Positions 1 to 12,155 of a stretch of DNA of 64,000 nt are shown here, in pieces. The position numbers and the translations under genes are program-made. The stretch is from Hyaloraphidium curvatum SAG 235-1. Its lineage: Eukaryota > Fungi > Monoblepharomycota. The notes under the pieces were generated by a model. The model worked only from the letters and a program-made list of their open reading frames with translations. It did no database searches and was not told the DNA's origin. Each line of letters opens with the position of its first letter. Positions within the stretch are counted from its first letter, which is position 1. The stretch spans positions 248,001-312,000 of the forward strand of contig JAIVFI010000018.1 of NCBI GenBank assembly GCA_025558095.1, given 5' to 3'.

Positions 1-1
1 C

Positions 2-1603
2 TTAGAATCGACAGAATTGCCCGAGAGTCGCACATACCTTGTAGCCCTTTGAATAGCCAAGGTTTTGCATCAGGGACGTCGGCGCGTTCCGCAGGTGGAG
101 AGGAACAGGGTAGGCGACCTCGGTGTTGACGGCTGCTTCGACCATCTTGAGCCCGCGGTACACCTCGACACTCTTCGGTGCCCTGGCAAGATAGACCACG
201 CACTGCGCTATGCAGACGCCGCACTCGGGCATTCCAATAAACTGCACTGCCTGCCACGTAGCAATAGCCTGTACGAGAGCCTGGGGATCTGCCAGCCCGA
301 CGTCCTCGCTCGCAAAGCGGATCAGCCGCCTGACGATGTAGAGCGGGTCCTCTCCGGCGAAAAGCATGCGTCCCATCCAGTAAAGCGCAGCATCCGCATC
401 TGAGCCCCTCATCGATTTGTGCAACGCTGAAATCATATCGAAGTGCGAGTCCCCCTGGTCATACAGCAAATGGCTCTTTTGCAGTGCGGCCAGCACCCGC
501 TCCGCGGTAATCGTGACGACGGGCCGTGTCGACTGCAGATCCTCGGCAACTGCGGTCACTGTCGATGAAGAATCTTCGCGGGGAATGTCTCTCGATGAAG
601 AATCTTCACGGGGAACGTCGCGGGCCTGCTGTCTCTTGCTGGCGGCAACCGAGGCCTCGATCACCAGCTGAAGCGCATTGATCGCGCTCCTCGCATCGCC
701 ATCGCACGCCGAGGCGACCCTGTGCAGTACATTGTCGTCCCACTGCACGTCCAACGACAACCTCTTGCATTGGATCTCCGTTGCCCGAGTCAGAATCGTT
801 TCTAGCACGGGGATCGAGAGACTATGCATGACGACGGTCCGGCATCGCGAGAGAAGGGCGCTGATGACGCGGAAAGACGGGTTCTCCGTGGTCGCGGCAA
901 CAAGCGTGAACTCGCCCTTCTCTACAAAGGGAAGAAAGAAGTCCTGTTGCGCCTTGTTGAAGCGGTGCACCTCGTCCACAAAGAGGACGGCGTTGCGAGT
1001 CTCGTCGGGGTGCGCTCTCTTGAACCCGGCTGCCCGCTCCGCTGCGGCCTTGACCTCCGCCATGTTCTCCTTGACTGCCGAAATCTCCCGATAGAATGCA
1101 GCGTGCTTCCCGATGAGGCGGGCAAGAGTGGTCTTTCCGCACCCGGGATTGCCCCACAGAATGAGCGACGGGCATTTGCCCGCCAGGATGAGGTCCTTCA
1201 GCAGGGAGTCGTCGCCGACAAGCTGGTCCTGCCCCAGAAGCTCTTCCAAGGTCTTTGGACGGGCGAGCTCCGCCAGAGGAACCGTCGGATCGTCCTCCGG
1301 CCGCGAAAGCCGAGGTCGTTTCGGTGCGGGCAGCGGGGAAACCGCCTGACCGACTTCAGCCCCAGAATGGCCCCCAGCTGCCGGTGCCGCGGAGCCCGAA
1401 GAAAGTTCTGGCTTGTCCCTCTTCCGTCCGAGGTCAAACAAGGTGACCTGCCTCGCTGGGGGCAGTGTGCGTGGGGGAAGTTGCTGGTGCCTCCCAGTCC
1501 CCTGCTTCGGCGGCATCGTTTCGGGACAGCCCGCGTCCAAATGCGCGTTGATCGAAATCGAATCAACGAGGCGAGAACAAGCCGGACACTCGACGAGCGA
1601 CAT
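2..1603 (-). CDS. MGS1: WRNIP1/Mgs1/RarA-family AAA+ ATPase with N-terminal UBZ zinc finger; 3' end continues beyond the window after an intron near nt 38
   Basis: [16 protein letters not shown]; Walker A GNPGCGKT; [13 protein letters not shown]; ATTENPSF; [12 protein letters not shown]; ASEDVGLAD; [10 protein letters not shown]. Confidence 0.95.
   Translation of the reverse strand: MSLVECPACSRLVDSISINAHLDAGCPETMPPKQGTGRHQQLPPRTLPPARQVTLFDLGRKRDKPELSSGSAAPAAGGHSGAEVGQAVSPLPAPKRPRLSRPEDDPTVPLAELARPKTLEELLGQDQLVGDDSLLKDLILAGKCPSLILWGNPGCGKTTLARLIGKHAAFYREISAVKENMAEVKAAAERAAGFKRAHPDETRNAVLFVDEVHRFNKAQQDFFLPFVEKGEFTLVAATTENPSFRVISALLSRCRTVVMHSLSIPVLETILTRATEIQCKRLSLDVQWDDNVLHRVASACDGDARSAINALQLVIEASVAASKRQQARDVPREDSSSRDIPREDSSSTVTAVAEDLQSTRPVVTITAERVLAALQKSHLLYDQGDSHFDMISALHKSMRGSDADAALYWMGRMLFAGEDPLYIVRRLIRFASEDVGLADPQALVQAIATWQAVQFIGMPECGVCIAQCVVYLARAPKSVEVYRGLKMVEAAVNTEVAYPVPLHLRNAPTSLMQNLGYSKGYKVCATLGQFCRF
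562..621. repeat. 30-bp tandem duplication inside MGS1 ([10 protein letters not shown] / [10 protein letters not shown])
   Basis: tcgatgaagaatcttcgcggggaatgtctc followed by tcgatgaagaatcttcacggggaacgtcgc. Confidence 0.9.
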
Positions 1604-1692
1604 CGCGGCAACGGGGTTCTAAGGTCGATGGGACGACCGACCCGGCCGCGGCGCGCGCGCGAGTGCGTGTGAGGGCAGGACCGAACGCAAAG

Positions 1693-2607
1693 ATGCCCGC
1701 AACCGCCGCCTTAGACGCGCGCGACAGAGTTGCCTCCTTGCTTTCGAAGCATTCGAGCAGCATCTTGATGGCGAACCGCGATGCGGTCCAGGAAAAGCTG
1801 TTTTCGCTCGCTTCGGGAGGGCCGGAGGCTCTGCACATCGTGGCCGATTTCGACATGACCCTGACCAAGTACTGGGTTCCCGGACCGGCCGACGGGAAGC
1901 TGCAACGGAACGTATCCTCACACGGCCTCGTGATGCGCAGCAGCGCCATGACGGATGAGCTCCGCCGCCGGACGGACGACCTTTACAGGCTCTTCTACCC
2001 GATCGAGGTCTCGCACACGGTACCACAGGCGGAAAAGGTCGCAGCCATGGAGGAGTGGTGGATAAAGGCGCACGAGATCATCATGGAGAGCCGGATGAAG
2101 AAGAGCGACATCGTGGAGATGGTCCGGGGCACTGTCGTCCAGTTCAGGGGCGGAACCGACCGGCTCATGGACCTCGTAGAGCAGCTCAGGATCCCGATGC
2201 TGGTGTTCAGTGCGGGTCTGGCCAACGTCATCGAGGAGATTCTCCGGCAACATGACCTGCTGCCGCCGCATCTCCACATCGTTTCGAACCAGATGCTGTT
2301 TTCCGAGGACGGAACTGTCTGCGGTTTCGCGGAACCGCTGATCCACGTCTTCAACAAGAGCGAGGCAGTCTTGCCGGATACCATGGACGTGGAGACACGG
2401 CCGAACGTTCTGCTGCTCGGCGACAGTCTCGGCGACTTGCACATGAGCGACGGTCTCAAGTCGACCCATGTAGAGCTCACTCTTGGCTTCCTGAACCACG
2501 ACGAGGACAGGTTAAGGCAGCAGTACCTGGACGCCTTTGACATTGTGTTGGTCGGCGACCCACCGATGGATTTTGTCACCGATCTGCTGGAAATGGTGTC
2601 TGCTTAG
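1693..2607 (+). CDS. Pyrimidine 5'-nucleotidase (NT5C3/UMPH-1 family HAD phosphatase), intronless
   Basis: HAD motif ADFDMTLT; MEEWW; VFSAG; LIHVFNK; LLLGDSLGDLHM; GFLN. Confidence 0.92.
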   Translation: MPATAALDARDRVASLLSKHSSSILMANRDAVQEKLFSLASGGPEALHIVADFDMTLTKYWVPGPADGKLQRNVSSHGLVMRSSAMTDELRRRTDDLYRLFYPIEVSHTVPQAEKVAAMEEWWIKAHEIIMESRMKKSDIVEMVRGTVVQFRGGTDRLMDLVEQLRIPMLVFSAGLANVIEEILRQHDLLPPHLHIVSNQMLFSEDGTVCGFAEPLIHVFNKSEAVLPDTMDVETRPNVLLLGDSLGDLHMSDGLKSTHVELTLGFLNHDEDRLRQQYLDAFDIVLVGDPPMDFVTDLLEMVSA

Positions 2608-2672
2608 ATACAGAGAAGTGAAAGCCCTCCCGTGTGCCCTCCCGCTATGTACAGTCCCTCACAATTCCCCTT

Positions 2673-4982
2673 TTACGGCATCGCCATGGGTCCCCTTGAG
2701 TCCGTGAGGACCATCGCCCGAAGTGCCGCGTCCAGCGTCTGCGCAGTCTGCCGATCGGAACCGGGAACACGTGCTGGTTTGCCAGCAGATTTGCTCCGGT
2801 CCCCCGTAGGAGGGGTAGTGGGCGACCCGCTCTCCATGGAGCGTTGCGAAGAGTCGCGGCGCGGGGGGATGGCGGCCAGGTTCGACGAAGCTTCCACTGC
2901 CGGAGCCGATTCAAAGATGAACGCATGCCAGTTGCAAAGGTCCTCGACGATGACGCAGTCTGCTTTGAAGAGCTCCGCTGCTGCCGTTGCCGCCTCGGTT
3001 GTGCTCATCGACTTCTTGTCGGAACCAGACGGAAGCACCTTGGCATCGAGCGGGACGGAATTGAAAATGATGGCACCAAAGATGGTGGCAAGAGAAGAGA
3101 TCGTCATCCGGTTCTGGTGCGAGTTCATGGCCACCCTGCGGGAGCGGTCAGCAGATTCTCAGGTTCCCGACGCACCAACAAACCTGCACAGATGGTCCAC
3201 GATGCACTTCAAGGTCATTTGGTTGATCTGCGGCTGCGCCCGCATGAGGTACCTCAGCTTGATCATCCTTTGGCCGGGATCCGTCATTCCTACAGAAAAA
3301 TGAGCGGCACTTCCAAGTCAAGCAAAGAAAAAGGCACTGACTGCTGTACTCCGCCCGATCCTTGTCGGACAGAGAAAAGAGTGCCTGGGGAAGCTCTCGA
3401 ATGTAGAGCTTGAGCAGGGCAGCCACGACGTTGACGTCCTCCGCCTCGGGAATAACATCAAAGTCGACAGTCTCGTCCTGCTCGTGTTTCGTGCGCAGAG
3501 TTGCAACTGCGGATGCGAGCGCCGGGACGCGGTACAGTCCCTCTCGATCCAGGCCTGTAGTTGGTCGTGTCAGGTTCCGGCCTAATGACGGCATGGCGCC
3601 TCCATGCCCACCGCGCCGGTCCAAGGTCTTGACGCACTTCTCCACCACAAGCGGAATCTGCCTCCTCTTGGATTGCACGTGACGTTCCAGGTCGAGGCCA
3701 AAAGTCATGTCCTTCAGCTTGCCAAACCCATACTTCTCGTAGCTGACGACGTCCGGACCGATCCACGCCTGGCGGATCTCGCCGCGGTAATGTTGCAGGT
3801 CCGCCTCTGTCCGAATGGCCTCCACAAGCGAGGAAGTCTTCTTCGAGAGCTGTGATTCGCAAGTGAGCCCCTTTCACCGACGGTGCAAGACAGTCAGCGA
3901 ACCTCCGCGTCCTTTGCTATCGTGCTCTCTTGGATGCGAGAATACTTGGAGCATGCCTCGCGACACAACTGGAGGCGTTCCTTTTCCAGCCGCTCCAGCT
4001 CGCCGAATCCCCGATCGACGGCTTCCTGGAGCTTGTAGCGTTTGTCCTCCAGGCTAAGCACGCCGTAGCGATATGCCTGGTCGCATTGTTTGAGTTCCTC
4101 CGTCAGCCTGAACGTCTGTCCACAACCGGTGAGCAGAGCTCCAAAACCAGCAATGTCGGGCCCCCACCTTGGATCCCACGTTCTCCATGCCCAAGTTCAA
4201 CCACTTCTTCTGCTCCGGAATCTCGCCGAAAGCCCCGTCCCCGTCGTGCAGCGACTGCTCCCCTTTGGCAGCAAACTTGGCCATTGCCTTTTCCAGCTCC
4301 TCCGACTTCAACTCGTAGGCCTTCTTGAGCTGCACAAAGCGACGTCAACGCCGGCTTCACAGGTTTGCCCGCTGCTACGGAACCTTGGCGATCTGGATCC
4401 AACGCAGTTCGTTGTACTCCCGCGACTCAGTCTTGACGTCGCTCTTGATGGTCTGGACGGCCTTTTTCTGCAGCTCCCGGAACCTGATGAGCTGCGGCAG
4501 GATGTCCTGCTCCGCCGTGTTGGCCATCCGCATGTGCGCCGCGGCCGCGTTGGAGGCCGAGGCAAAGATCGACTCCCATGCCTGGTTGAGCGTCGACTCC
4601 TGCCGTTTCTTGAGCCTTATCAACCGTCGTCAGAATGTTTCGCATTCCAACGTGGGCAAGGAGGCCGTACGCGGAGGTTCCGGTGTCGCTATCCAACTCC
4701 ATCGCCGATGTTGTCTGCTTCGTGTGCGACTCGAGCCGCTTCTGGAGCCTCTCCAAACCGAGTGCATATTGCTCATCGAGCTGGCGCCTGCCGACGGGTC
4801 GATGAGCCGCCGTTCGGTCTCGGGATGACCGCAACTCCCGGAACGCACTTCTCCTGGAGGAAGCAGACTATCTCGTCCAGCTCGCTCTCCGTGCGCTCAA
4901 TGACGGCTTTGAGCGCCGCATAGTCGTCCGACGTGGAGCTCTTCGAGCCCAGGCCGATTTTCGAGAGCGCACTCGTGGTCAT
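2673..4982 (-). CDS. RhoGAP with N-terminal coiled-coil, F-BAR-like region (Rgd1-like); multi-exon
   Basis: FGLDLE..IPLVVEKCV; GLYRVPA arginine finger; VVAALLKLYIRELP; NRMTISSLATIFG; helical N-terminal exons from MTTSALSK. Confidence 0.85.
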
Positions 4983-5182
4983 CTTTGGGGGGCCAACGCT
5001 GCCAATGTTTGGAGGCGACACCGCCCGCATACCACCGTCCGTCCTGGAAGCCCGTACCGAACGCTGGCCATTTTACATGCCTTGCAATCCAGAGTTTTGA
5101 CACAATTGGAATACGATTTGCCAACGGTGACCTCGCCGCAGCAGCGCGGGACACGACACTTTCTCTCCATGCTGTTGGGTCA

Positions 5183-7043
5183 ATGGGCTTGGCGTTCCGC
5201 GCGACGTGGCGATTGGCCTTCCAAGCCGCGCCGTGCTTTGCATTTCGAACGGGGCCGGACAACTGCATGCGGGGCATTGCACATCGGGCTCGGCGCCCCG
5301 TCTCGTACCTTGCCTCAAGATCTTCGCCGGGTGCCTTATCAAGGAGCACGGGGGAGTTCTGCCACCTCATACTGCAGCCGCACTTTGCTGCTGCGTCAGC
5401 GAGAGCGTCGTCGCTTTTGCCTGCGGTCGCCGGCGATCTCGTCGGCCGCTTCGAACGATTTCGCACGGGCCGGGCCTCGCAGACTGCGATCTTGTCGGCG
5501 GTCATCGTCGAACAATCTCTCCAAGCCGAACGTCGCTTTGCCAAAAGCGTTGGAGCGGCATTTGCGGGCAGGCCGCAGAAAGAGGGCAAGACCGCCTTCG
5601 ACGACTTTGTGGGACGACACTACAGAGCTTACGCCGCCTCGCTGGGCGAGCTTGGCATTTCGAGACCGAACACAGTGATCTGCGGACATGAGTCTCACGT
5701 CATGACGAGGGAAGATGTTTGGCGGACGCTAATGAAAGCCGGTCTCGTGTACCGCGGCCTGTTTGAGGGCTGGATGGCCTGGAACGACGAGAGCTTCTTC
5801 CGTGAGGACGAATCGAACCTTCACCGGAAGGGTGGACTTCGTCAGATCGTGCTTTCCGACTCCAGGAGTACTCGCGTGCTGACAGACGCGGCAGGCGACG
5901 CCGTTTACAAGACGAAGCAGGTTGCATTCATGTTCCGACTGTCAAGGTTCCGCGATCGGGTCATTCGCTGGCTTTTGACCTTTCCCGACGGTTGGGCGCG
6001 ACGCACGTTGCCACGCTGCCAGCAGCTCACTCAAGGTTCCCCCAGCCATACAGCCGCAGTCCGCCCGGGATGCTCTTTTGGCCACGCTGACCGCTTCGCC
6101 CGGAGGGCTTCCCGATATCCCACTTACGATTCCCCGATCGCGTTTCCCCTTCGGCGCACAAGTGCCTGAGGATCCCAACCAGTGCTTCAGTGCCTGGTAC
6201 GACGTCTTTTGCGGGTACCTCACCTCGTCACACGGACGGTTCTGGCCTCCCACGATGCAGCTCCTGCATCGCGAGTCGCTGCAGGTCCATGCGGCGTGGA
6301 TCGCGATGCTCATGGCGCTGGAGCTCCCGCTGCCCCTTAAAGTATGGGCGCTGCCAGACGTCGACAGGATCGGGGACGGCAGCACCGGTGCCCAAGACTT
6401 CCTGCAGCGATCGGGTGCGGATGCGGTCCGTTGGTACCTCTGCAGCCTGGTGGAACCCGGCGCCGACGTCGTGGCGTTCTCGCACGACGCTCTAGTTCGA
6501 GCCTACGGGGAGCTAGCGGAACACTTCAACGGTCTGGTGGACGATCTCGGTTCGCCGCCATACAATCCGGAGCGGATCGTGCCGCTGTCGCCCGGGTACT
6601 CGATCGCCGCGGACGCCTCTTTCCAGGACATGCTGCAGGAAACCCCGTACCGCTGCGATAACCAGATCCTGCAGGCCCTCGACCCGCGGGCAGCGAGCCG
6701 GACCCTGGTCGATCTGCTTGCGCGCACCCGCGCGTTCCTCCGCGACGGGTTCTCCAAGGCGAGCGGGTCCTCCCCCGCGCGCAGACGGTCCCTGCTCTAC
6801 CACGGCTTCGAAGCCCTGCGCATTATCTGCACGCTTGCGGACGCCTCTTTCCTCCCCGACACCTTCTTTGCGGAAGCCCTCGATTCAATGGGCGTCCCCG
6901 CCGAGGAACGGACGTGGGACCACGCCGTCAGCCGTCGCATCGGCGGATCGGACGAGCAGCTTCAGCTTCCTCCCGGATTCGCCGCCGACGTGGCGCTTCC
7001 TCCCTTGCCAGAGGTCATGCCCTGGGTCGACGAAACGCAATAG
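5183..7043 (+). CDS. Degenerate methionyl-tRNA synthetase-like protein (mitochondrial type) lacking HIGH and KMSKS; intron 5991-6045
   Basis: GLVYRGLFEGW..DESFF; FMFRLSRFRDRVIRWL..PDAIQP; AWYDVFCGYL; GADAVRWYL; EALRII are colinear with MetRS; basic presequence-like N-terminus. Confidence 0.75.
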
Positions 7044-7116
7044 ACGCCCCGGTTCCGCGCAAAAGAGATTATTCACAGGCGGCGGCGTACACCTTCCCCA
7101 CGGTCCAGCGCATCCT

Positions 7117-8156
7117 CTACCACCCGCTCGTCTGCGGGGCCTCGGCCCAGTTGCCGGCGTCGGCGGCGGCGAACTCGCCGGCAGCCTGGGGCTCGGCACC
7201 CCAGCTTGCGTCGGCCTGGCCGGGTGCGGCGGCATCGGTTGCAGCCCACTGCAATGGGGATGAAGATTAGCGCAGGTGCGGGGAAGTGCGGAGCATAGAG
7301 GCCCACCTCTCCCGTGACCTCCTCCGCGGCCCACTCGCCGCCGGCCTGGTACTGCTCGGCGGGGAACGCGGCGGCCTTCTCCAGCGCCTGCTGCTCCTCG
7401 GCCTGCTTCTCGGCCTCTTCGGGGTCGCGGTAGAAGAACATGTCGACCATGACGGACCAGGGGGCCGTCCGCGAGATGGAGCCGCGCAGCCGGAGGACCT
7501 CGCGGGCGAGCAGGTACCAGATGAGGCCGATCGAGTGCTTCGCCTTGTTATTGCAGGGGATGGCAACGTCGATGTACCTGGGGGCCAGTCAGTACTGGGA
7601 GGCATGGGCGTCGGGGGGACGAGGAACCCACTGGAGCGGGCTGTCGCTGTCGCACAGGGCGATGACGGGGATGTTGACGTACGACGCCTCCTTCACGGGC
7701 TGGTGGTCCGTCCGCGGGTCCGTGACTATGATGAGCCTGGGCTCCCTGAACGCCTTCGTGATGTAGTTGGTGAAGGTGCCGGGGGTGAAGCGGCCGGCGA
7801 TGGCGGTGGCGCCGGTGTACTGGGCGAATTTGAGCACCGCGCGCTGGCCGTACGGCCGGGCCGAGATGACGGTCACGTCCGCGGGGTTCTCGATGGCGGC
7901 AATGACCCGGGCGGCGAACACCAGCTTCTCCCAGGTCTTCTGGATGTTCAGGATGTTGATGCCGTCGGCTCTCCGCTTGTAGACGTAGCTCTCCATCTGG
8001 TGGCCGGCGTTCTTGGTGCCGATGTGCGACTGGGCCGCGAGGAGCATCGAGATGTCCTCGGGCGTGGCTGTTCCGCGGGCGCCGTGAGCGGGCCGGGCGG
8101 GCCGGGCGGGCGATGTTTCGCCACTCACGCTGCAGGACCGCCGGGAGCTTGCTCAT
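7117..8156 (-). CDS. RPS0: 40S ribosomal protein uS2 (RPS0/RPSA); multi-exon
   Basis: [18 protein letters not shown]; [15 protein letters not shown]; [24 protein letters not shown]; [12 protein letters not shown]. Confidence 0.97.
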
Positions 8157-8417
8157 CTTTGCGTTGTCCGCGTCAACCGACGGGCAGACTGTGCGGGCGC
8201 CGCGGTCAGCGCCATTTCAGGGGAAATCCGGCTGTCCGCGGCGGGCCAAGAACGGAGCGCACTCCAGGCACTCGATTCCGGCCGCTGCCGCAGAGTCCGC
8301 CGAGCAAAGGCACGCACCAGGCGCGGAGAGGAGGTGGGCGGAGAGTTTGAAGGAGCGCGCGCGATGAAAAGTCCTAAGAGGCTCGTAAGGGACTTAACGC
8401 TGAAGCCTCTACCAACC

Positions 8418-9679
8418 ATGCCGGCGCCGCTGGCAGCCCGGCGCGGCTGCGGGACGGTCTTGCTCTGCCGCAGCCGCGCATCGCAGGCTGTTCTTCCTTG
8501 CGCCGCGGCCGCCCGGCGCCCGTTGGCCCTGCTTGCCGCGGCACGGCCCGGGACACCCTCTCGCGCTCCCCACCCCCCTTCTCGCCCGACTGTCCCTTCC
8601 GCCTTCCTTGCTCCCACTTCGCGACGCTGGAAACACATCAACGTGTACCGCGCGGTGCTCAAGCTGACCAAGAAGGCCGAGTACGCGATCCGCGGCCTGG
8701 CCAAAAAGTACAAGCAGCACTACTACTACATCGACGACGTGTGCCGCTTCGCTGGCTGGATCGGCAAGTTCCACCCCGACGAGGCGTGGCGGACAGAGTG
8801 GCTGGAACGGTACCAGAAGTGGGAGGAGTGGGTGGTCTTCCCGGCACCAAGGCGGGTAGCCCGATCTCACCATCCGCCGCTCCTAGCTACCGCACGGACA
8901 ACTTCGACAAGTCCGTCCTGTGGCAGGACGACGAGATGGATCTTAAGCTTGCCCGCATGCTGTACAATAGGGAGGAGCTGCTCGCCAAGCAGCTCGAGGC
9001 CGTCCAGAAGGACCTGGACGCCTTCATGGAGCTCGTCATGCAGCTCCCCGAGCGCCGGCCGCTGTGGTTCCCGCGCTATCCGCGGATCGTCGAGCTGGGG
9101 AAGGACGCCAAGATGACCAAGGGCAAGAAGAGGCAGCGGCGGTGGGAGGAAAAGGCCCTCCAGGATGCCATGGAGAACGGCACGCTGTGGCAGCCGGCGC
9201 CGACGTTCCGCAACACCTCGAACCACCCGTGGTCGCCGGAGAACCGGGCAAAGGCGGGCGGGGAGAACGGGGAGCCCGCGACGGACAGCGGGCCGAGGCC
9301 GGCGGAGGACAGACCGCCGCCGCGGAGGAACCCGATGAACGCGCTGCAGCGGGGCAGCCTGCTCCCGAAGCAGTCGAACGTGGTCAAGAAGAAGGCGCCA
9401 CCGCCGGCGACGTACGTGCCCAAGGTGTCCGGCGGGCCCTTCATCGGCAAGGAGGGCGTGCGGAAACTGGTCTCGCGGAGGGCGGAGCCCGCGGTCGCCA
9501 AGAAGGGCGGCCGCTCGGCAAAGAGGGCTGCCAAGGCCTCCGGCGCGGCAAAGCCGGTGAAGCCGGTCAAGGTGCAGCCCCGGACGACGGCGAGGGCGAT
9601 CCTGGAGGCAAAGGCCAAGGCTAAAAGGAGGACGATCGCGACGAGGCGGCAGAGGAAGCAGACGCGGAAGAATGACTGA
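8418..9679 (+). CDS. Hypothetical protein, probably mitochondrial (Arg/Ala-rich presequence, Lys/Arg-rich C-terminus); intron 8828-8886
   Basis: Strong GC3 codon bias; two ORFs join in frame through a GT..AG intron; no family recognised. Confidence 0.65.
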
Positions 9680-9783
9680 TGATTGTAATGATCATACTCT
9701 CTGAACATGGCCATTATTTGTGCGATGGATAGTGTTCAGCAGTTGCAGTTCCAGTTCTAGTGTTCCAGTGTTGCAGATCGAGT

Positions 9784-10785
9784 CTACGTTCGGCGGCGGC
9801 TCGTTGTACGCCTTTTGGAAGTGGCCCGCCTCTTGCTCGACGCCACAGCACGGCGACGGCTCGAGGTACGGCGCTTGGTCGACATGCGCCTGGCGGTCGT
9901 TTTGCGCCGCGTCGTGGGCCTCGTCGTCGTCCGCAAGATGACGTTCCCGCGCTCCGCGGGAGGATACCCGGCCAGGACCGCGTGTATCCAATGCCCCGAA
10001 TCGCCGTTCTCCAGCCTCTGGTATACCCCGAAGGCGCCTTTGGTCGCGCATCCCACGCCCCACGAGACGGTCGCATGCTGGACCCAGCGCCCGCGCACGA
10101 AGCTCATGAGCGGCCCGCCCGAGTCGCCCGCGCAGGAGTCCCTTCCCCCGTCTTCGGGGCCCGCGCAGATCGACGTCCGGTTCAGTACGGGTGTGACCGG
10201 TTCCCAATCGGCCATGAGCAGGCGGCAGCGGTCCAGGGGGACGGTCGGCATGGTTACCGCCCGCAGCCGGTTGGGCATGACTACCGATTTGGCCTCGGTA
10301 GAGCCCCAGCCAGCCACCACGACGGGCGAACCGTCCAAAGGCGGCAACGTGGGGTCGTCAAGGTTCAGAACGGCTATTCCGGGCGGCGGGCCAGAGAGCT
10401 GCCGGAGCTCCCAGATTGCGAGGTCGTTGGCGAACGTCGTCGGGTCGAAACGGGGATGCCGACGCATCCGCACGACGGCAAACACGGATGCGCGGTCCAC
10501 GGAAGGCGGCACGGCCTTGTCGTACCGCCCGGCGTACACCCGCATTTCCGCGAGGGGGTACACGTTGTCGGTTCGCGTGCAATGCGCGGCGGTGAGCAGG
10601 AGCCGCCGCCCGATCATGGATCCCGTGCAGTACGTTTGGTCGTAGATCGTGATGAGCGCGACGAAGGGGAAGGTGCCCCTCGTCACCGTTTCTCCCCCGA
10701 CGATGTTCGCGGTGAGGTTGGCGGGAGCGGCCCCTGCCCCGGCAAACCAGGCCGCCAGCAGCGTCCAAGCCGCGAAAAGCCGCAT
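9784..10785 (-). CDS. Secreted trypsin-like S1 serine protease with polybasic Arg/Thr/Ser tail, intronless
   Basis: Signal peptide MRLFAAW..; IVGG; LTAAHC; NDLAI; DSCAGDSGGP (Asp in the S1 pocket); VSWGVGCA. Confidence 0.95.
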   Translation of the reverse strand: MRLFAAWTLLAAWFAGAGAAPANLTANIVGGETVTRGTFPFVALITIYDQTYCTGSMIGRRLLLTAAHCTRTDNVYPLAEMRVYAGRYDKAVPPSVDRASVFAVVRMRRHPRFDPTTFANDLAIWELRQLSGPPPGIAVLNLDDPTLPPLDGSPVVVAGWGSTEAKSVVMPNRLRAVTMPTVPLDRCRLLMADWEPVTPVLNRTSICAGPEDGGRDSCAGDSGGPLMSFVRGRWVQHATVSWGVGCATKGAFGVYQRLENGDSGHWIHAVLAGYPPAERGNVILRTTTRPTTRRKTTARRMSTKRRTSSRRRAVASSKRRATSKRRTTSRRRT

Positions 10786-10979
10786 GGAAATGCCCGCCGC
10801 GCCGCGATTCATCCTCCACGCCGCCAGCCCTCCGATGAGCCGCGCTCCGACGCCCGAGAAAAGTAGTTGGGGACAAGCGACGATCGTCGATCTGCTCCCA
10901 AAATGCGCCCTGCTGCGCCCGTTCAGGGTCAGGTTTCGCCGACGAGGCGCCGACGCCTTATTCAGGGCGGGGCGGCAAG

Positions 10980-11984
10980 ATGGTCGGCCGATGCGCTCTG
11001 CTGCTGGCCACCGTGGCATTGTCGTGGCCGCTCATCGTGCCGTCGTCGGCGCTTCGCCTGGTCACCTTCGGCGACTCGCTGACCGATTCCGGAAACATAT
11101 TCAACCTCACGAACGGGACCACTCCATCGCCTTCCTCGGGCTACTACCAGGGATCGTTCTCGGACGGCCCCGCGTGGAACTTGCTTGCCTCTCGCCGCCT
11201 CGGCGCCTCGCTGTGGGACTTTGCCCACGGATCGGCGACGTCGGACAACTCGCTCGTCGAAGCGAATGACATCGCCGGCCTCGGGCGGCCGTCACCGGAC
11301 GTGCTGGAGCAGGTGGATATGTACCGCGCGCGACTCGCCGCCGAACCCCTGCGGGAGCCGACACTCCACGCGCTGTTCATCGGCGCCAACAACTACTACC
11401 GCTCCCTGGAATTCGGAAAGGATCTCCAGGAAACCGACGTGACGAGCTTCGTCAACAGCACGCTGAACGATGCCGAGGCCATCATCGCGGCCGCGAGGAG
11501 GGCCAACATGACCGGCCCGAACGGCGCTATCAAGCTGGCCGTCCTCGGGATGTACCCCTTGGAGCTCGCGCCGGCCTTGAACCCCTTTTGCTTCAACCGG
11601 ACAAGGATCCGCACTCTGATGGAGCTGCACGACCGCCTGCTCCGCGCCTCGCTGCCTTCGCTCCCGGCCGAGACTGCCTTCGTGTCGGTCCGGACCCCGC
11701 TCATGTCCGCCAACTTCTCGCAGGAGCTCCTGACGTCGGCCTGCATCGCCGTGTCGCCCTGCAAGGACGGGGCGCCGGGGTCGTTGGCCAGGGCACCGTT
11801 CCTCTGGTGGGATCCGTGGCACCTGACCTCGCGGGGGAACGAGATCATCTCGGCGCAATACCTGTCCGTGACGGGGTCGACCAACGGGACCGTTCCGAGC
11901 GGGGCGTTTGTGTCTGGTCCGTCGACGCGGACGGCGGGGCTAGCTGTCATGGGTGCGCTGTGGATGCTACTGGCTGGCTTCTGA
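10980..11984 (+). CDS. Secreted GDSL/SGNH lipase-esterase, possibly GPI-anchored, intronless
   Basis: Signal peptide; FGDSLTDSG; FSDGPAW; FIGANNY; WWDPWHLT (DxxH); hydrophobic C-terminus. Confidence 0.9.
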   Translation: MVGRCALLLATVALSWPLIVPSSALRLVTFGDSLTDSGNIFNLTNGTTPSPSSGYYQGSFSDGPAWNLLASRRLGASLWDFAHGSATSDNSLVEANDIAGLGRPSPDVLEQVDMYRARLAAEPLREPTLHALFIGANNYYRSLEFGKDLQETDVTSFVNSTLNDAEAIIAAARRANMTGPNGAIKLAVLGMYPLELAPALNPFCFNRTRIRTLMELHDRLLRASLPSLPAETAFVSVRTPLMSANFSQELLTSACIAVSPCKDGAPGSLARAPFLWWDPWHLTSRGNEIISAQYLSVTGSTNGTVPSGAFVSGPSTRTAGLAVMGALWMLLAGF

Positions 11985-12155
11985 TGTCTCTCACGCACGC
12001 CACGGACTTGGAATTGTGAATATGCACTACGACTAATGTATTTGCGGAATTGAATGGATTCGTTGCTTGCTTTCGAAACAATTCGGTCTATCTACTCCGT
12101 CGGCCCGCTCAGGCATCCTCTGATCCGCGATCTCTTTCGATTACCCGATCCACTA

